Positions 29,141-39,998 of a stretch of DNA of 64,000 nt are shown piece after piece (the first letter of the stretch is position 1; each line of letters starts with the position of its first letter). Made by a program: the position numbers and the translations under genes. This stretch comes from Deltaproteobacteria bacterium (GTDB lineage: Bacteria; Myxococcota_A; Polyangia; Polyangiales; Houyiibacteriaceae). The stretch lies in assembly GCA_034670305.1 (NCBI GenBank), contig JAXMNT010000019.1, positions 32,001 to 96,000 on the forward strand, in the 5' to 3' direction. The notes beneath the pieces were generated by a model. It ran no database searches. It was not told where the DNA came from and saw only the letters and a list, made by a program, of their open reading frames with translations.

Positions 29141-29626
29141 TCAGGTCGGCGCGAGGTTCGGCCGGATCGTCTTGACCGCGTCGACCAGCGCCGCGGCGCT
29201 CGGACCGCGATCCACCTGAACGCACTGGGCGGCGAACACAGATGCGTCGGTCACGTTGCTGAAGAACTTCACCGGGAAGGCCGGCTTCACGACGATCGCC
29301 AACCCCCGCATGAACGTCCGAATGAGACTGAACTTGAGGGTGTCCCCTTCGATCGCGGACGCACTGACCCTCACCCGATCGCCGTAGGCCGCGGCTTGGG
29401 CCTTGGACTCGCGGCGAAAGTCGGTGCCCGGGAGTCTGCCGTCCACCGCGCTGTCGATGACGACGAGCAGGCCCATGCCTTCGTAGCGGCTGAGGGTCTT
29501 CTCGACCCAGGGCTTGCGTTCCCGCAGCGCGGCCACGTGCGGTGTGCCCCAGTAGAGCGTGATCAGGACGTTTCCGAGCGCCGCGTACCGGTGCGAAGGA
29601 CCTTCACTGACCATTTCCGGGAACAT
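29141..29626 (-). CDS. Hypothetical protein (myxobacterial STAS/SEC14-like fold)
   Basis: LITLYWG...LLVVID...P..FR...IEGD...FPVKFF pattern; TATACT box 8 nt before ATG. Confidence 0.55.
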   Translation of the reverse strand: MFPEMVSEGPSHRYAALGNVLITLYWGTPHVAALRERKPWVEKTLSRYEGMGLLVVIDSAVDGRLPGTDFRRESKAQAAAYGDRVRVSASAIEGDTLKFSLIRTFMRGLAIVVKPAFPVKFFSNVTDASVFAAQCVQVDRGPSAAALVDAVKTIRPNLAPT

Positions 29627-29676
29627 GCCTCCCCAGTATAGGGGGCACTGACTCGGATCGGTCTCTTTCGTGCGGC

Positions 29677-31014
29677 CTAGACCTTGGCGTGGCGCCAGCG
29701 GCCGCGCTTGAACTCGAGGACGAAGGCCACTGTCTGGAGCTGGCGGTAGACGATTTGCCCGAGCCAGATCGCCAACATGCCCCACCCCAAAACGGGCCCC
29801 ATCACATAGGCGAGCGGCAGGAAGAGGCCCCACTGCAAGACGGTCGCGATCACCATCACCCGCCGGGTGTAGCCCGCGCCGATGAGCGCGTTCATGAGCA
29901 CCAGACCCACCGCGTCGGTGGCCATGAAGAACCCCAGCATGCGCAACGGCCACTCCGCGAGCGCCCGGGTCGCGGGGTCGTGAAGGAACGGCTGCAGCAA
30001 CAAGTCCGGCACGATCATCGCGGGCAACGCGATCAGGCCGACGACCACCACCGCGATCTTCGCGACGTCCCACGCCCATTGCGAGGCGTCCTCCGGATCC
30101 TTGCGTCCGAGTGCCTGACCAACCAGCGACGCGGCCGCGAGTCCGAACCCGATGCCGGGAAGAATGCCGACGAGCATCAGGTCGATCATCACCTTGCTGG
30201 CCGCCAGCTCGGCGGTTCCGACCCGCGCCATGATCGTCATGAAGAGTGTCATGCCGGCCGCGAAGAAGAACTGCTGCGCACCGGCCGGCGCCGAGACCCG
30301 GACCATCGTCTTCAGGGTGTCCCAGCCCGGCAGCGCTTGGAGGAAGCCGGCCTTTCGCGCGTGCATGAAGCCGAGCACGAAGTACATCGCCGTGCCGATG
30401 TAGGTGGAGATGGCCGACGCCAACCCCGCGCCGACCGCACCCATTTCGGGTGCGCCGAGTTCGCCGTAGATGAACACGTAGTTCAGCGCGATGTTCGACG
30501 CATGCATCACCACCAGCGTCTTCATGTAGAGGGCGCTCCGGTCGACTGCGTTCCAGTACCCGCGGAACGAGTAGTTGCAGGCCATCGCGACCATCGCGAC
30601 CAGGCGCCAGCGGAGATAGGGCACCCCGTCGACCACCACGTTCGGGTCGTCCACGACCAGCGGGAAGTAGTGCGGCGCGGCGAAGATCAAGAGCGCGCTC
30701 AATGGGATGGCAACGGTCAGGGCGATCACGAGTCCACCGTTGAGCGGAACGGCGCTCTCCGACTCGCGGCCTTCGCCCACCCGCCGCGACGCCATGGCCT
30801 GCACACCGGCGCTCAGTCCGAGAATGAACGCGGTCAGGAGGAAGTTGAGAAACCCGCCCACGCCAACGGCCGCAAGCGCGTCGTCGCCGAACGAGCCGAC
30901 CATGCCTGCGTCGACCAGGTTCAGGACGTTCTGCGACACCATGCCGCCGATGATCGGCAGCGCGAGGTGGAGGATCCTGCGCCGGCGCTCCAGCGGGACG
31001 ACGAGAGACGCCAA
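29677..31014 (-). CDS. MATE family efflux transporter
   Basis: LALPII...VDAGMVG...LAAVG, NIALNYVFIYG...MGAVGAGLAS, LVGQALG; about 12 TMs. Confidence 0.92.
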   Translation of the reverse strand: MASLVVPLERRRRILHLALPIIGGMVSQNVLNLVDAGMVGSFGDDALAAVGVGGFLNFLLTAFILGLSAGVQAMASRRVGEGRESESAVPLNGGLVIALTVAIPLSALLIFAAPHYFPLVVDDPNVVVDGVPYLRWRLVAMVAMACNYSFRGYWNAVDRSALYMKTLVVMHASNIALNYVFIYGELGAPEMGAVGAGLASAISTYIGTAMYFVLGFMHARKAGFLQALPGWDTLKTMVRVSAPAGAQQFFFAAGMTLFMTIMARVGTAELAASKVMIDLMLVGILPGIGFGLAAASLVGQALGRKDPEDASQWAWDVAKIAVVVVGLIALPAMIVPDLLLQPFLHDPATRALAEWPLRMLGFFMATDAVGLVLMNALIGAGYTRRVMVIATVLQWGLFLPLAYVMGPVLGWGMLAIWLGQIVYRQLQTVAFVLEFKRGRWRHAKV

Positions 31015-31023
31015 CAGGTGCCT

Positions 31024-31542
31024 TCAGTTGGCCAGCATCGAGTCGATCAAACGACGCACCCGCACGATGCGGTCCGTCAGCTCGAGTTCGTGGGCCCACT
31101 CCCAAACTTCGGTCCGCTCTCCGTTGCGGGACAGCGTCAGCTTGGCCACGTGCGCGTCGATCGGCGGTTGACCGAGATCGTCGCTGGCGGCCTGGTCCCA
31201 CGCTTCGATTTCGACCAGCGTCTCCACCAGCCGGCGAAGCGCTGCGGGATCGGCCGGGGCCGAACGCTCCAGCGCGCCTTCCTCGGTTTCGCCCGCCACC
31301 GCACTCGCGCTGAGCCCGGGCCGGGTGCGGCGCTCCACGATGCGGGCCCCATCGACCAGGACGTCACGGGTCCCGAGCGAGCCGCCGGACTCCACGTAGC
31401 GAAGGGTCAGCCCCTCGGGCCAGGCGTGGCGAGGGCTGTCCTCGAGTGAGGACTGGATCGCGCCTGCGCATCCGTTCAACAGGCCGAACGCGGCGACGAG
31501 AACGACGGCCAGGTACCGGGGCACGGGGAAGAGACGGGACAC
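31024..31542 (-). CDS. Hypothetical lipoprotein
   Basis: LLNGC lipobox after hydrophobic stretch. Confidence 0.6.
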   Translation of the reverse strand: MSRLFPVPRYLAVVLVAAFGLLNGCAGAIQSSLEDSPRHAWPEGLTLRYVESGGSLGTRDVLVDGARIVERRTRPGLSASAVAGETEEGALERSAPADPAALRRLVETLVEIEAWDQAASDDLGQPPIDAHVAKLTLSRNGERTEVWEWAHELELTDRIVRVRRLIDSMLAN

Positions 31543-31662
31543 GCGGGATTCATACCACGTACGGCCGAACGCGCCCCGTGCGACTGCATTTTCGAGTCTC
31601 CTGCTTTTGAACCCGCAGAGACCACCATTGAAGATGCCGTGTCAGGGCACGTCCCATCAGGC

Positions 31663-32577
31663 ATGATGACGTGCATGCGTGAGAACGAACCCGGCTTGGC
31701 CCGTGTGGCCCTTCAATCCATGGTCCTCGGTGGCTCGATGTTCCTGCTCGCGCAGCCGATCGCAACCGCCCAGGAGATGGGACAGGGCGAGGCCAACATC
31801 ACGGCGCGCGCGGAAGTCCGCATGAGCCTGGAGAGCGGTCCAGCGACGAGCAGCCAGAAGCTGGCCCTCATCGGTGGGGTGGTCGGTGGAACCCTGGAAG
31901 CCGTCCGGACTTGCTACCGGACCGTCACCGAAACGAACCCCGAGGTGCAGGGACGCCTTCAGTTGATCATCGATTTGACCGGCCGCGGCGGCCAGGTGGA
32001 GATCCATCGGAACGAGCTCAACCACGAGCAGCTGCAGCGCTGTGCACTCCGGGCGCTGCGGGGTGCGAACTTCGAGATGGTCCGGCCGCCGGGTTCGGCG
32101 TTCGTCACCCTCACGTTCAACAACACCGCCGCCGAAGGCGTTGGCCGGACCCGGGCGCTCCGGGCCGAAGAAGACCACGCGACCATCACGCGAAACGCGG
32201 ACGGCCACATGACGACCAGCGGCGGCACCGAGATCGGTGAAGTGCGGTTTCGGCTCGAGGGCAACGAGCGCACGACCGAAGCGCAGATCCAAGCGGTGCA
32301 CAGCGCACTGCGCACCGCCATCCCCACGTTCCTCGACTGCCGGCGCAAAGCGGCCCGGCGCGAGTCGCCCTACGGTGAGGTGCAAATCGATCTCGTCATC
32401 CGGCGCGGACGTGCGCAGGCGCGCACCCGTCGATCCACGGTGGCGGACGACCGGGGGCAACGCTGCCTGACCCGAGGGCTACAACGCACCCGGTTCGGCA
32501 ACGAAGCCAACGGTCGCATTCGTCTGGTGGTCGAGTTCCGCCCGCGCCCCGGCGACATCGCCCCGCCGCCCCGCTGA
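31663..32577 (+). CDS. Secreted protein with two AgmX/PglI C-terminal (TonB-C-like) domains
   Basis: AVRTCY...PEVQGRL...LQRC...F and FLDC...GEV...QRC; start uncertain. Confidence 0.65.
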   Translation: MMTCMRENEPGLARVALQSMVLGGSMFLLAQPIATAQEMGQGEANITARAEVRMSLESGPATSSQKLALIGGVVGGTLEAVRTCYRTVTETNPEVQGRLQLIIDLTGRGGQVEIHRNELNHEQLQRCALRALRGANFEMVRPPGSAFVTLTFNNTAAEGVGRTRALRAEEDHATITRNADGHMTTSGGTEIGEVRFRLEGNERTTEAQIQAVHSALRTAIPTFLDCRRKAARRESPYGEVQIDLVIRRGRAQARTRRSTVADDRGQRCLTRGLQRTRFGNEANGRIRLVVEFRPRPGDIAPPPR

Positions 32578-32618
32578 CGGGGCAGCACGGCGCTTCGACG
32601 GCTGCTACAACCGGCGCG

Positions 32619-33827
32619 ATGACGCGCACCATTCGTTTGGATCAGCAGGACTCCTGGCTCCGCACGTTCGAGGCCACCGTGGTGGCGACCGAGTCGGTGC
32701 CGCGGCCTTCCGGCCTGAAGAAGGGCACGGTGTACGACGGTCCGACCGCCGCCGTGATCCTAGACCAGAGTGCGTTCTACCCGGAGTCCGGCGGACAGAA
32801 GGGCGACCACGGCGTACTGCGGTGGAGCGATGGAGAGGTGGACGTCGTCGACACACAGATCGACGAACACGGCCGAGTCCTGCATCTCGTGGGCGACTCG
32901 GTACCAGAGGGGGTCGCGGTGCACGGCGTGCTCGATGCCGCACGGCGCCGCGCCCACATGTCGCTGCACACTGGGCAGCACATGCTCAGCCGCGCGCTCC
33001 TGGACGAAGGCGGGGTCACGGTCTCCTCTCGGCTCGGCGCCGAAGCCACCATCGATCTGGACCGGGAGCTCACCGAAGATCAGATCCGGTCCGCCGAGCG
33101 CCGCGTGCAAGACGCGATCGACGCCGACGGCGATGTGCGGGTGCTCTACCCGACCGACGCGGAGCTCGCCGCGATGAAACTCCGGCGCACCGTCAAAGTC
33201 GACGACGGAGTCCGGGTCATCGAGGTCGACGGCTTCGATCTCACGCCCTGCGGCGGAACCCACTGCACCCGCACCGCGCAGGTCGGGGTGATGCGGGTGC
33301 TCGAGTGGCAACGCAAGAAGGGCGGCATGCGGCTCGTGTTCGCCGCCGGACCACGCGCGCGTGACGTGCTCGTCGAGCGCAGCGCCGTGCTCGAAGCGCT
33401 CGCGTCGGAGTTCACCTGCGGTCCCACGGACGTGTCGGCGGCGGTGGCCAAACTGCAGCGCAGCTTGCAGCGCACCCGAGAGATCCTCGGCCTCACCCGC
33501 AACGCGTGGGCCCGCGCGCTCGCGGAGTTGCTCCACGACGAACGCGATGTCGTCCGCACGTTCGACGACGTCGACGTCGACGCCGTGCGCGCGCTCGCGG
33601 TGCTGCTCACGCGCGAAGGCGACCGCCTCGTCGTGCTCGCCGCCCGCACCGACCAAGCCCTCTCGGTCATCGTCTCCCGCGGCCCCACCCGCGACGACAC
33701 CCACGCCGGCCAACTCCTCGGCGCGCTGGCGAAAGCCTCTGGCGGCAAAGGCGGTGGCCGCCCCGAACGCGCCGAAGGCCGCCTCCCCGCGGACGCCGAT
33801 CTCGCCGCGTTGATGTCCGCGCTGTAG
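32619..33827 (+). CDS. Alanyl-tRNA editing protein AlaX with C-terminal DHHA1 domain
   Basis: [33 protein letters not shown]. Confidence 0.92.
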   Translation: MTRTIRLDQQDSWLRTFEATVVATESVPRPSGLKKGTVYDGPTAAVILDQSAFYPESGGQKGDHGVLRWSDGEVDVVDTQIDEHGRVLHLVGDSVPEGVAVHGVLDAARRRAHMSLHTGQHMLSRALLDEGGVTVSSRLGAEATIDLDRELTEDQIRSAERRVQDAIDADGDVRVLYPTDAELAAMKLRRTVKVDDGVRVIEVDGFDLTPCGGTHCTRTAQVGVMRVLEWQRKKGGMRLVFAAGPRARDVLVERSAVLEALASEFTCGPTDVSAAVAKLQRSLQRTREILGLTRNAWARALAELLHDERDVVRTFDDVDVDAVRALAVLLTREGDRLVVLAARTDQALSVIVSRGPTRDDTHAGQLLGALAKASGGKGGGRPERAEGRLPADADLAALMSAL

Positions 33828-33846
33828 TTCGGAGCGGCCGACAAAC

Positions 33847-34173
33847 CACGGGCACGGGCACGGTCGGCTTCGGCTTCGGCGTCGGCTTCGGCGTCGGCGT
33901 CGGCATCGGCGTCGGCTTCGGCCTCGGCGTCGGCTTCGGCGTCGGCGTCGGCTTCGGCTTCGGCGTCGGCGTCGGCGTCGGCGTCGGCTTCGGCTTCGGC
34001 TTCGGCTTCGGCGTCGGCTTCGGCGTCGGCTTCGGCTTCGGCGTCGGCGTCGGCTTCGGCGTCGGCATCGGCGTCGGCATCGGCTTCGGATTCAGTCGGA
34101 TTCAGTCGGGTTCAGGCCAGGAGCAACACAACCCCCGAGGGCAAGGGCAAGGGCATGGGCACGGGCAAGGGCA
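33847..34173. repeat. Composite hexamer array (GGCACG)n-(TCGGCT/TCGGCG)n-spacer-(GGGCAM)n
   Basis: Directly visible between convergent genes. Confidence 0.95.
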
Positions 34174-34183
34174 CCGGCCCGTG

Positions 34184-36658
34184 CTACGCCGGCGGTTCGG
34201 TCAGGGCCACGCGTTCCACCCGAGTGTCCGGCGAGAGGAAGTAGCCGGCGTCGTCCCGACACAGGATGCCTTCGAGGCCTCGTTTGCGGAGCTTGCTGAG
34301 GGTGACGTGGATGCGGTTGCGCGCGGCATCTCTCCGGATGCGTTCGCCCGGCCACGCGACTTCACGCAGCGCCTCCATGTCGAGCCGTTCCCCGGATCCA
34401 CCCAGCGACACGAGCGCATCGAGCATGCGGCGCTGACTGAGGTGGCGTCGCAGGTCCGACCATGCGCCGGTTGGCAGCCGGATGCACCGGGCTTCGATCC
34501 CGACCAGCATCGCGTCCGACGGGAACGCCGAGAGGCTCGACCCATCGAGCGCGCCCAGCGCACGCTCCAGCAGCCGCCGCGCGGTGCGCGCGTCATCCGA
34601 GAACGACGGTTCGCCCGCCTCGTCCATCCGGCGACGCGCGTCGTCGGTCCAGCGCGCCCGTTCATCGTCCGAAGCCGCAGCCCGCGCGCGGGCGAGCGAC
34701 AACCACGCGCGGTGCAGCCGCACGAGCGCGTCGAGGAGTGGATCGCTGCACCCGAACGCGCGACGCGCGGCCTCTTCGAGGTCGGTCTCGGCGTCGTGCA
34801 CCGCATCCAAAGAGGCGTGGGCCGCGGCACGCCGGCACAGGCCGAGCACGGTGGAGCGCTGGTCCCCCATCCGGCGCAGGTGGGGCAAGGCCTGGTCGTG
34901 GAGCGCGCACGCGGCTTCGGCTTCGTTCAGTTCGAGGCGAAGCGTGCCGAGGTTGCTCTGATGAATGCTCGCGAGGTGCCGCGCGCTGGCCGCGTCGAGA
35001 TCCTCGAGCGCGCGTTGGAAGCTGCCCTCCGCGAGCACGAGGTCGCCCCGCTCCTGTTGAAGCAACGCGAGGTTGGCGCGGACCGCGCCGAGTGAGCGCT
35101 GGTTGCCGCCGAGCGCCGCGAGCGCCCGCTCGTACCACCGCTCTGCGTCGTCGAGATCTCCTCGGTCGTGCGCCACGGCGCCAAGGTTCGCCAGGACCCG
35201 TCCCTGGGTGAACGCCGTGTCTCGGGCTGGGCCGAGTTCGAGCACCTGCTCGTACTGCGCCGCCGCGGCGTCCAGGTCGCGCTGGGCGTGGGACGCGAGC
35301 GCGCTTTGGAACCAGAGCTCCACCCGCGACGCGTCGTCGAGCCGTCCGCCCAAGTTGTCGAGGGTCGCGCGCACCATCTCGCGGGCCGCTTCGAACCGCC
35401 CGACCATGCGCAGACCCTCCGCGCGCGCCACGTCGAGGGCGGCCGCGAGGTCGACCGCGAGTTCTGATCGGTCGACCCCTTCGGTGAGCACGAGGATCTG
35501 CTCCGCGGGCCCGGCCGACCGGAGCACACTGCACGCCCGCAGCCGGACCCGAACCTGAGCCTCGAGACTCAGCGCTGTGGAGCCGGCATCGACGCGCCCG
35601 GCGACGTGGAGCACGTCGGACTCGTCCGCGGACGCGTCCTCGGCCACGCGCAGGTCGAGGCGGGCCATCGCGGCGGCGTGGTCCGACGCCCGCTCGGCCC
35701 GCGCGAACTCGCGAACCGCGTCGAAGAGCCGGAGGCGGCCGTCGACGAGTCGGATGAACGATCGGTCGACGAGCGACTGGAGCACGTCGCGCACCGTGCC
35801 TTGCGCCGGCTCGGTGAGGATGGCTTCGGCATCCACCGGGTCGAAGGCGTCTCGAAAGACGGACGCCTCCGACAGCGCGACCTTGGCTTGCTCGGTCAAC
35901 AGATCCCAGGACCACGCGATCGCACGCTGCAAGGTCGTGTGGCGCTGCGCGCCGTCGCGGTAGCCGCCCCGCAGCAGCGCGAGCCGCCCTTCCCCGTCGA
36001 GCGCGCCGCCCAGCAGAGACGCGCGCGCGGCCGCGAGTTCGATCGCAAGCGGAATGCCCTCGACCCAGCGCAGCAGCGCGAGTTTTCGCTCCTCGTCGAG
36101 TACGACGCCCGTCTGAGCGGCCAACCGTTCTTCGAGCAGTGCGTAGGCTTCCGAGCCCGCGCCTTGTTCGCTGGAGAGGGGTTCGAGCACCAGCAGGCGT
36201 TCGTGGCGCAAGCGCAGCCGTTCCCGACTGGTCACGAGCAAACGAACCTCCGGCGCGTGCACGCGCAGGTCCGCCACGAAGGACGCCACGAACTCGATCG
36301 CGTGATCCGCGTCGTCGAGCCAGAGCACCATCTGTCCGCGCGCCGCGAGCGCTCGGGTGACGTCCGCTTCGGTGGCGCCGGCGAGATCCAGCGCTCGCGC
36401 GATCTTCGCGATGCACCCCGCTTCGTCGCGCTCGTTGGCCATCGCGGCCACGGCCGACTCGCCAGACCAGCGCGCGCACAACTCCTCTGCCAACCGCGAC
36501 TTGCCGATGCCGGCGGTGCCGACGATCGTGATCGGCAAGGGTTGGCTCAACCACGCCTCGAGCTCCTCGAGTTCCTGGGCACGGCCCACGAACCGGGACC
36601 CCTCCGTGCCCACGTCGAGCGATGGCACCGGCCCGCTCCCCACAGCCGAGGTCGTCAT
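34184..36658 (-). CDS. STAND/NB-ARC-type ATPase with TPRs and C-terminal winged-helix
   Basis: FVGR, GTAGIGKS, LWLDD, LVTSRE, GIPLAIELAAAR; TPRs; LREVAWPGE...NRIHVTLSKLRK...GY. Confidence 0.85.
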   Translation of the reverse strand: MTTSAVGSGPVPSLDVGTEGSRFVGRAQELEELEAWLSQPLPITIVGTAGIGKSRLAEELCARWSGESAVAAMANERDEAGCIAKIARALDLAGATEADVTRALAARGQMVLWLDDADHAIEFVASFVADLRVHAPEVRLLVTSRERLRLRHERLLVLEPLSSEQGAGSEAYALLEERLAAQTGVVLDEERKLALLRWVEGIPLAIELAAARASLLGGALDGEGRLALLRGGYRDGAQRHTTLQRAIAWSWDLLTEQAKVALSEASVFRDAFDPVDAEAILTEPAQGTVRDVLQSLVDRSFIRLVDGRLRLFDAVREFARAERASDHAAAMARLDLRVAEDASADESDVLHVAGRVDAGSTALSLEAQVRVRLRACSVLRSAGPAEQILVLTEGVDRSELAVDLAAALDVARAEGLRMVGRFEAAREMVRATLDNLGGRLDDASRVELWFQSALASHAQRDLDAAAAQYEQVLELGPARDTAFTQGRVLANLGAVAHDRGDLDDAERWYERALAALGGNQRSLGAVRANLALLQQERGDLVLAEGSFQRALEDLDAASARHLASIHQSNLGTLRLELNEAEAACALHDQALPHLRRMGDQRSTVLGLCRRAAAHASLDAVHDAETDLEEAARRAFGCSDPLLDALVRLHRAWLSLARARAAASDDERARWTDDARRRMDEAGEPSFSDDARTARRLLERALGALDGSSLSAFPSDAMLVGIEARCIRLPTGAWSDLRRHLSQRRMLDALVSLGGSGERLDMEALREVAWPGERIRRDAARNRIHVTLSKLRKRGLEGILCRDDAGYFLSPDTRVERVALTEPPA

Positions 36659-37258
36659 CTAGCGCGCAGCGACGCGCTGCAAACGGACTTCGCGCGGGCC
36701 CGTGTCGTCGGTGAACGAAACATCGACTCCGTCACCCAACGTCGCCACCGGCCGAATCGGCGTCACCTGGAAGAACGGTCCAGTCTCCGCACAGAAGTGG
36801 GCACCTTGGGTGCGAATGCCAGCGGATGTGGTGATCGCCACCAGCGCGGTGCGGCAGTCGCCCTCTTCCGCGAGAAAGATGCCTGCTTCGCTCTCGTCGG
36901 TCCGCGCGAGCACCGGCGTCTGGGTGCCGCCAAGCGTCTCTAGTTGTCCCGAGATGTCCGCGTCGCGGACCTGCATCTCGAGGCGGGAGGTCGGGTGGTC
37001 CGTCACCGAGATCTCGTGGGCGTCCGTGAGCGTGCCGCGGAACCACGCGGTGTTGGAGTCGAGCACGCTCTCGTCGCCGCACGTGTACGCGACGAACGCA
37101 TCCCCCTCGACGAGCACCGCCATCACCAGACCGGACGCGACGCCCGCGTAGACCGCCGGCCCTTCGTCGGTCGGGTTGCTGCAAGCAGGCAGCGCGACGG
37201 AGGTCGCGACGAGCGCCACCACCGCCACCGCCAGGTTGGTCCACCATCGTTCCCACAT
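36659..37258 (-). CDS. Hypothetical lipoprotein
   Basis: LPAC lipobox; stop abuts the STAND ATG. Confidence 0.65.
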   Translation of the reverse strand: MWERWWTNLAVAVVALVATSVALPACSNPTDEGPAVYAGVASGLVMAVLVEGDAFVAYTCGDESVLDSNTAWFRGTLTDAHEISVTDHPTSRLEMQVRDADISGQLETLGGTQTPVLARTDESEAGIFLAEEGDCRTALVAITTSAGIRTQGAHFCAETGPFFQVTPIRPVATLGDGVDVSFTDDTGPREVRLQRVAAR

Positions 37259-37466
37259 GCCGCCAACCTATCAGTCAACTTCGAACCGGTGCCAGTGAAG
37301 ACCACCGCGCGCTCGTCGTGTCGAGCACCTTCGCCGAGGACATCCGAGGCCGGAGACCGAGGCAAGCCACGAAGACCGCAGCGAATCTCCCCGAACCCGC
37401 GGTCTTCGCGGATTAAGCGCTGAATAAGCGGAGCGTCATCCGGGCCTGACGCAGGCTGTCTGGACC

Positions 37467-39869
37467 ATGAATGGCTTTCGATCACGCGCTGGGCTCGTAC
37501 TTCTGATTTCGTTTGCGCTCGCTTGCGGCGACGACGACGGCATGACCGCCGACACTGGTCCGGGGGAGGACACCGGAGGGGGCGTAGATGCGCCGCCCAC
37601 CGACGACACGGGAGATGTAGACGCTGGCGGGGAAAGTGGCGTGGCCGCTGGACCCGGGCGGGGCGCGTCGATCGCCGTCGACGACGCGAACACCACCATT
37701 GCGGCCGCCAACAAGGCGACCGACGACGTCACGTTCTTCGATGTGGCCACCCTCACCGAACGCGCCCGCGTCTCGGTCGGGGACGAACCGAGCCTCGTCG
37801 TCTTCCACCCGGACGGGGAACGCGCGTTTGTCGTCAACCGCGGAGACGGCACCGTCTCCGAGATCACCGGCGTCACGGGCGACGCCCCTTCGGTGGCACG
37901 GACCATCGACGTCGGTCCCGAACTCGTCGGCGCGGCGCTCTCCCCCACCGGCGCGACGCTCTACGTCTCCAGTTGGACCGCCGGAACGGTGTTCTTGCTC
38001 GACACCAACGCGGGCAGCGTCTCCAGCGTGGACGTCGGCGGCGCACCGTACGCGGTCTGCGTCACGAACGACCTCGACGACGAAGACGGCGACGAGACCG
38101 TGTACGTCACCGACTTCTACGCGCGCGCCGTCGCCGGCCAGAAAGAAGCGGTCGACGGTTCACGTGAAGGCCGCGTCTTCCGGCTCGACGCAGCGGGCGC
38201 GGTCCAAGGCGAAACGCGGCTGTCGCCTGTGATGGTGACCGGCATCGAAGCCGCCATCGACGCGGCCGGCACGAGCGCGTTCCCGAACCAGCTCTACGCC
38301 TGCGACATCGCGAACGATCACCTCCACGTGACCTCGGTCGGCGCGTCGCCTGCAGCCTTCGAAGGCGGCACGGACTTCCGCCAGAACGTGCACGGCCTCG
38401 TGCACGCGGTCTCTCTGGCCAGCAACGCCGAAGTCGCGGAGCGCACGGTGAACCTGAGCCAGCTGGTCGCCGCCCTCCCGGGCGAGAAACGTTTCGTCGC
38501 GATGCCGATCAGCATGGCCTTCGTGCGCGGCACCCCATTCGGCTACATCGCCTCGCTCGGCTCGAACTCGGTGCTCCGAGTCTCCTACGAGGCGACCCCG
38601 CCGGTCGCGGGTTCTCCGTCCGGCGCCAACTTCCTGGCGACCGACCTCGCGCCGACCGGCATCGCGATCGCGGGCGGCCAGGCGTACACCTACAACCAGG
38701 TCGGACGCTCGATCACCCGCATCGATCTGGCCAGCCAGACCACCACGGACATGTCGGTCGCCTCCGCGCCGCAGCCGACGAGCGCCGCCGAAATCGAAGC
38801 GCTCCGCGGCGAACGTTTCTTCGACACGGGTCTCGCCCGCTGGTCGGCCAATGGCTGGGTCGCGTGCGCCGCCTGTCACCCGTCCGGGACCACCGACAAC
38901 GTGTCTTGGGTCTTCCCCGCTGGGCCCCGCCAGACGGTGGACACCTCCGCAACCTTCGACGAAGGCGGCGGCACGCAGCGCATCCTGAACTGGACCGCGA
39001 TCTTCGATGAAGTCCACGACTTCGAGCTCAACACGCGCGGCGTCGCCGGCGGCGTCGGCGCCATCGTCAGCGACCCCGGTCTCGACGCAGCCAACCGCAT
39101 CAACTTCGTCGGCGCCGGCGGTGTCGGCGACCCGACCAACGGCTTCAACGTCGGATCGGCCGGCGCCATCGCGCGCTCGGGCGCGGTGCCGGACGACTGG
39201 GACTCGATCGAGGCCTACATCCGCACCATCCGCACCCCCACCGCGGCGTCCACCGGAGACGTGGCCGCGGGACGGACAGTCTTCGAGACGGCGCGCTGTC
39301 AGAACTGCCATGGCGGACCGCTCTGGACACTCAGCGAGCGCTACTACACCCCGATTCAAGACGGCGACCTGCGCACCATCACCTTGGCGGAAGCCGGCGT
39401 GGCGGACGTGGGTGCGGTGCGGGCCGACCAGCTGCGCACCACCGACACTTCCGCGATGAACGTCATCGAGAACGACGCGAACGGCCCGCCGCAGCGTCAC
39501 TCCTGCGTGGTGCGCATCGTGGGCACGTTCGACGCGGACGGACCGGGCAACCGGGGCGCGGACGAGACCCGACAGAACGGCGGCAACGCCCAGGGCGTCG
39601 ACGGCTTCAACGTGCCTTCGCTGTTGAACATCGGCCTCGGCGCGCCGTATCTCCACAACGGGGCCGCCGAGTCCTTGGAAGACCTGCTCGACCCGAGCGG
39701 CGACTTCACCACCCATCTGCGCGCGGGCAACCAGGTGTTCGCACCGAGCGCGGAAGACATCGTCAACCTCGCCGCGTTCTTGCGCAGCATCGACGACAGC
39801 ACCGCGACGATCGCGGTGCCGGCCAACCAGCGCTTCTGCCCCGAAGGCGTCGTGCCTCCGACGCCCTGA
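37467..39869 (+). CDS. Lipoprotein: YVTN/YncE beta-propeller fused to di-heme cytochrome c (bCcP/MauG superfamily) domain
   Basis: LACGDDD; VGDEP...AFVVN, YVTD repeats; CAACH, CQNCH, VPSLLN..GAPYLHNG. Confidence 0.85.
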   Translation: MNGFRSRAGLVLLISFALACGDDDGMTADTGPGEDTGGGVDAPPTDDTGDVDAGGESGVAAGPGRGASIAVDDANTTIAAANKATDDVTFFDVATLTERARVSVGDEPSLVVFHPDGERAFVVNRGDGTVSEITGVTGDAPSVARTIDVGPELVGAALSPTGATLYVSSWTAGTVFLLDTNAGSVSSVDVGGAPYAVCVTNDLDDEDGDETVYVTDFYARAVAGQKEAVDGSREGRVFRLDAAGAVQGETRLSPVMVTGIEAAIDAAGTSAFPNQLYACDIANDHLHVTSVGASPAAFEGGTDFRQNVHGLVHAVSLASNAEVAERTVNLSQLVAALPGEKRFVAMPISMAFVRGTPFGYIASLGSNSVLRVSYEATPPVAGSPSGANFLATDLAPTGIAIAGGQAYTYNQVGRSITRIDLASQTTTDMSVASAPQPTSAAEIEALRGERFFDTGLARWSANGWVACAACHPSGTTDNVSWVFPAGPRQTVDTSATFDEGGGTQRILNWTAIFDEVHDFELNTRGVAGGVGAIVSDPGLDAANRINFVGAGGVGDPTNGFNVGSAGAIARSGAVPDDWDSIEAYIRTIRTPTAASTGDVAAGRTVFETARCQNCHGGPLWTLSERYYTPIQDGDLRTITLAEAGVADVGAVRADQLRTTDTSAMNVIENDANGPPQRHSCVVRIVGTFDADGPGNRGADETRQNGGNAQGVDGFNVPSLLNIGLGAPYLHNGAAESLEDLLDPSGDFTTHLRAGNQVFAPSAEDIVNLAAFLRSIDDSTATIAVPANQRFCPEGVVPPTP

Positions 39870-39889
39870 ACTCCAATCCCTCCTGACCC

Positions 39890-39930
39890 GAAACGGTCGC
39901 CCGCCACCGCGGGCGGCCGTTTCATTTTTT
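39890..39930 (+). terminator. Rho-independent terminator
   Basis: GAAACGGTCGCCCGC-CACC-GCGGGCGGCCGTTTC followed by ATTTTTT. Confidence 0.9.
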
Positions 39931-39998
39931 CTATGGGCCGTGTCTTGGGCGCGGCCCGGTGACGCGAGGTCGAGCCAAGCGAGCAAGCCGCCGTGCGG

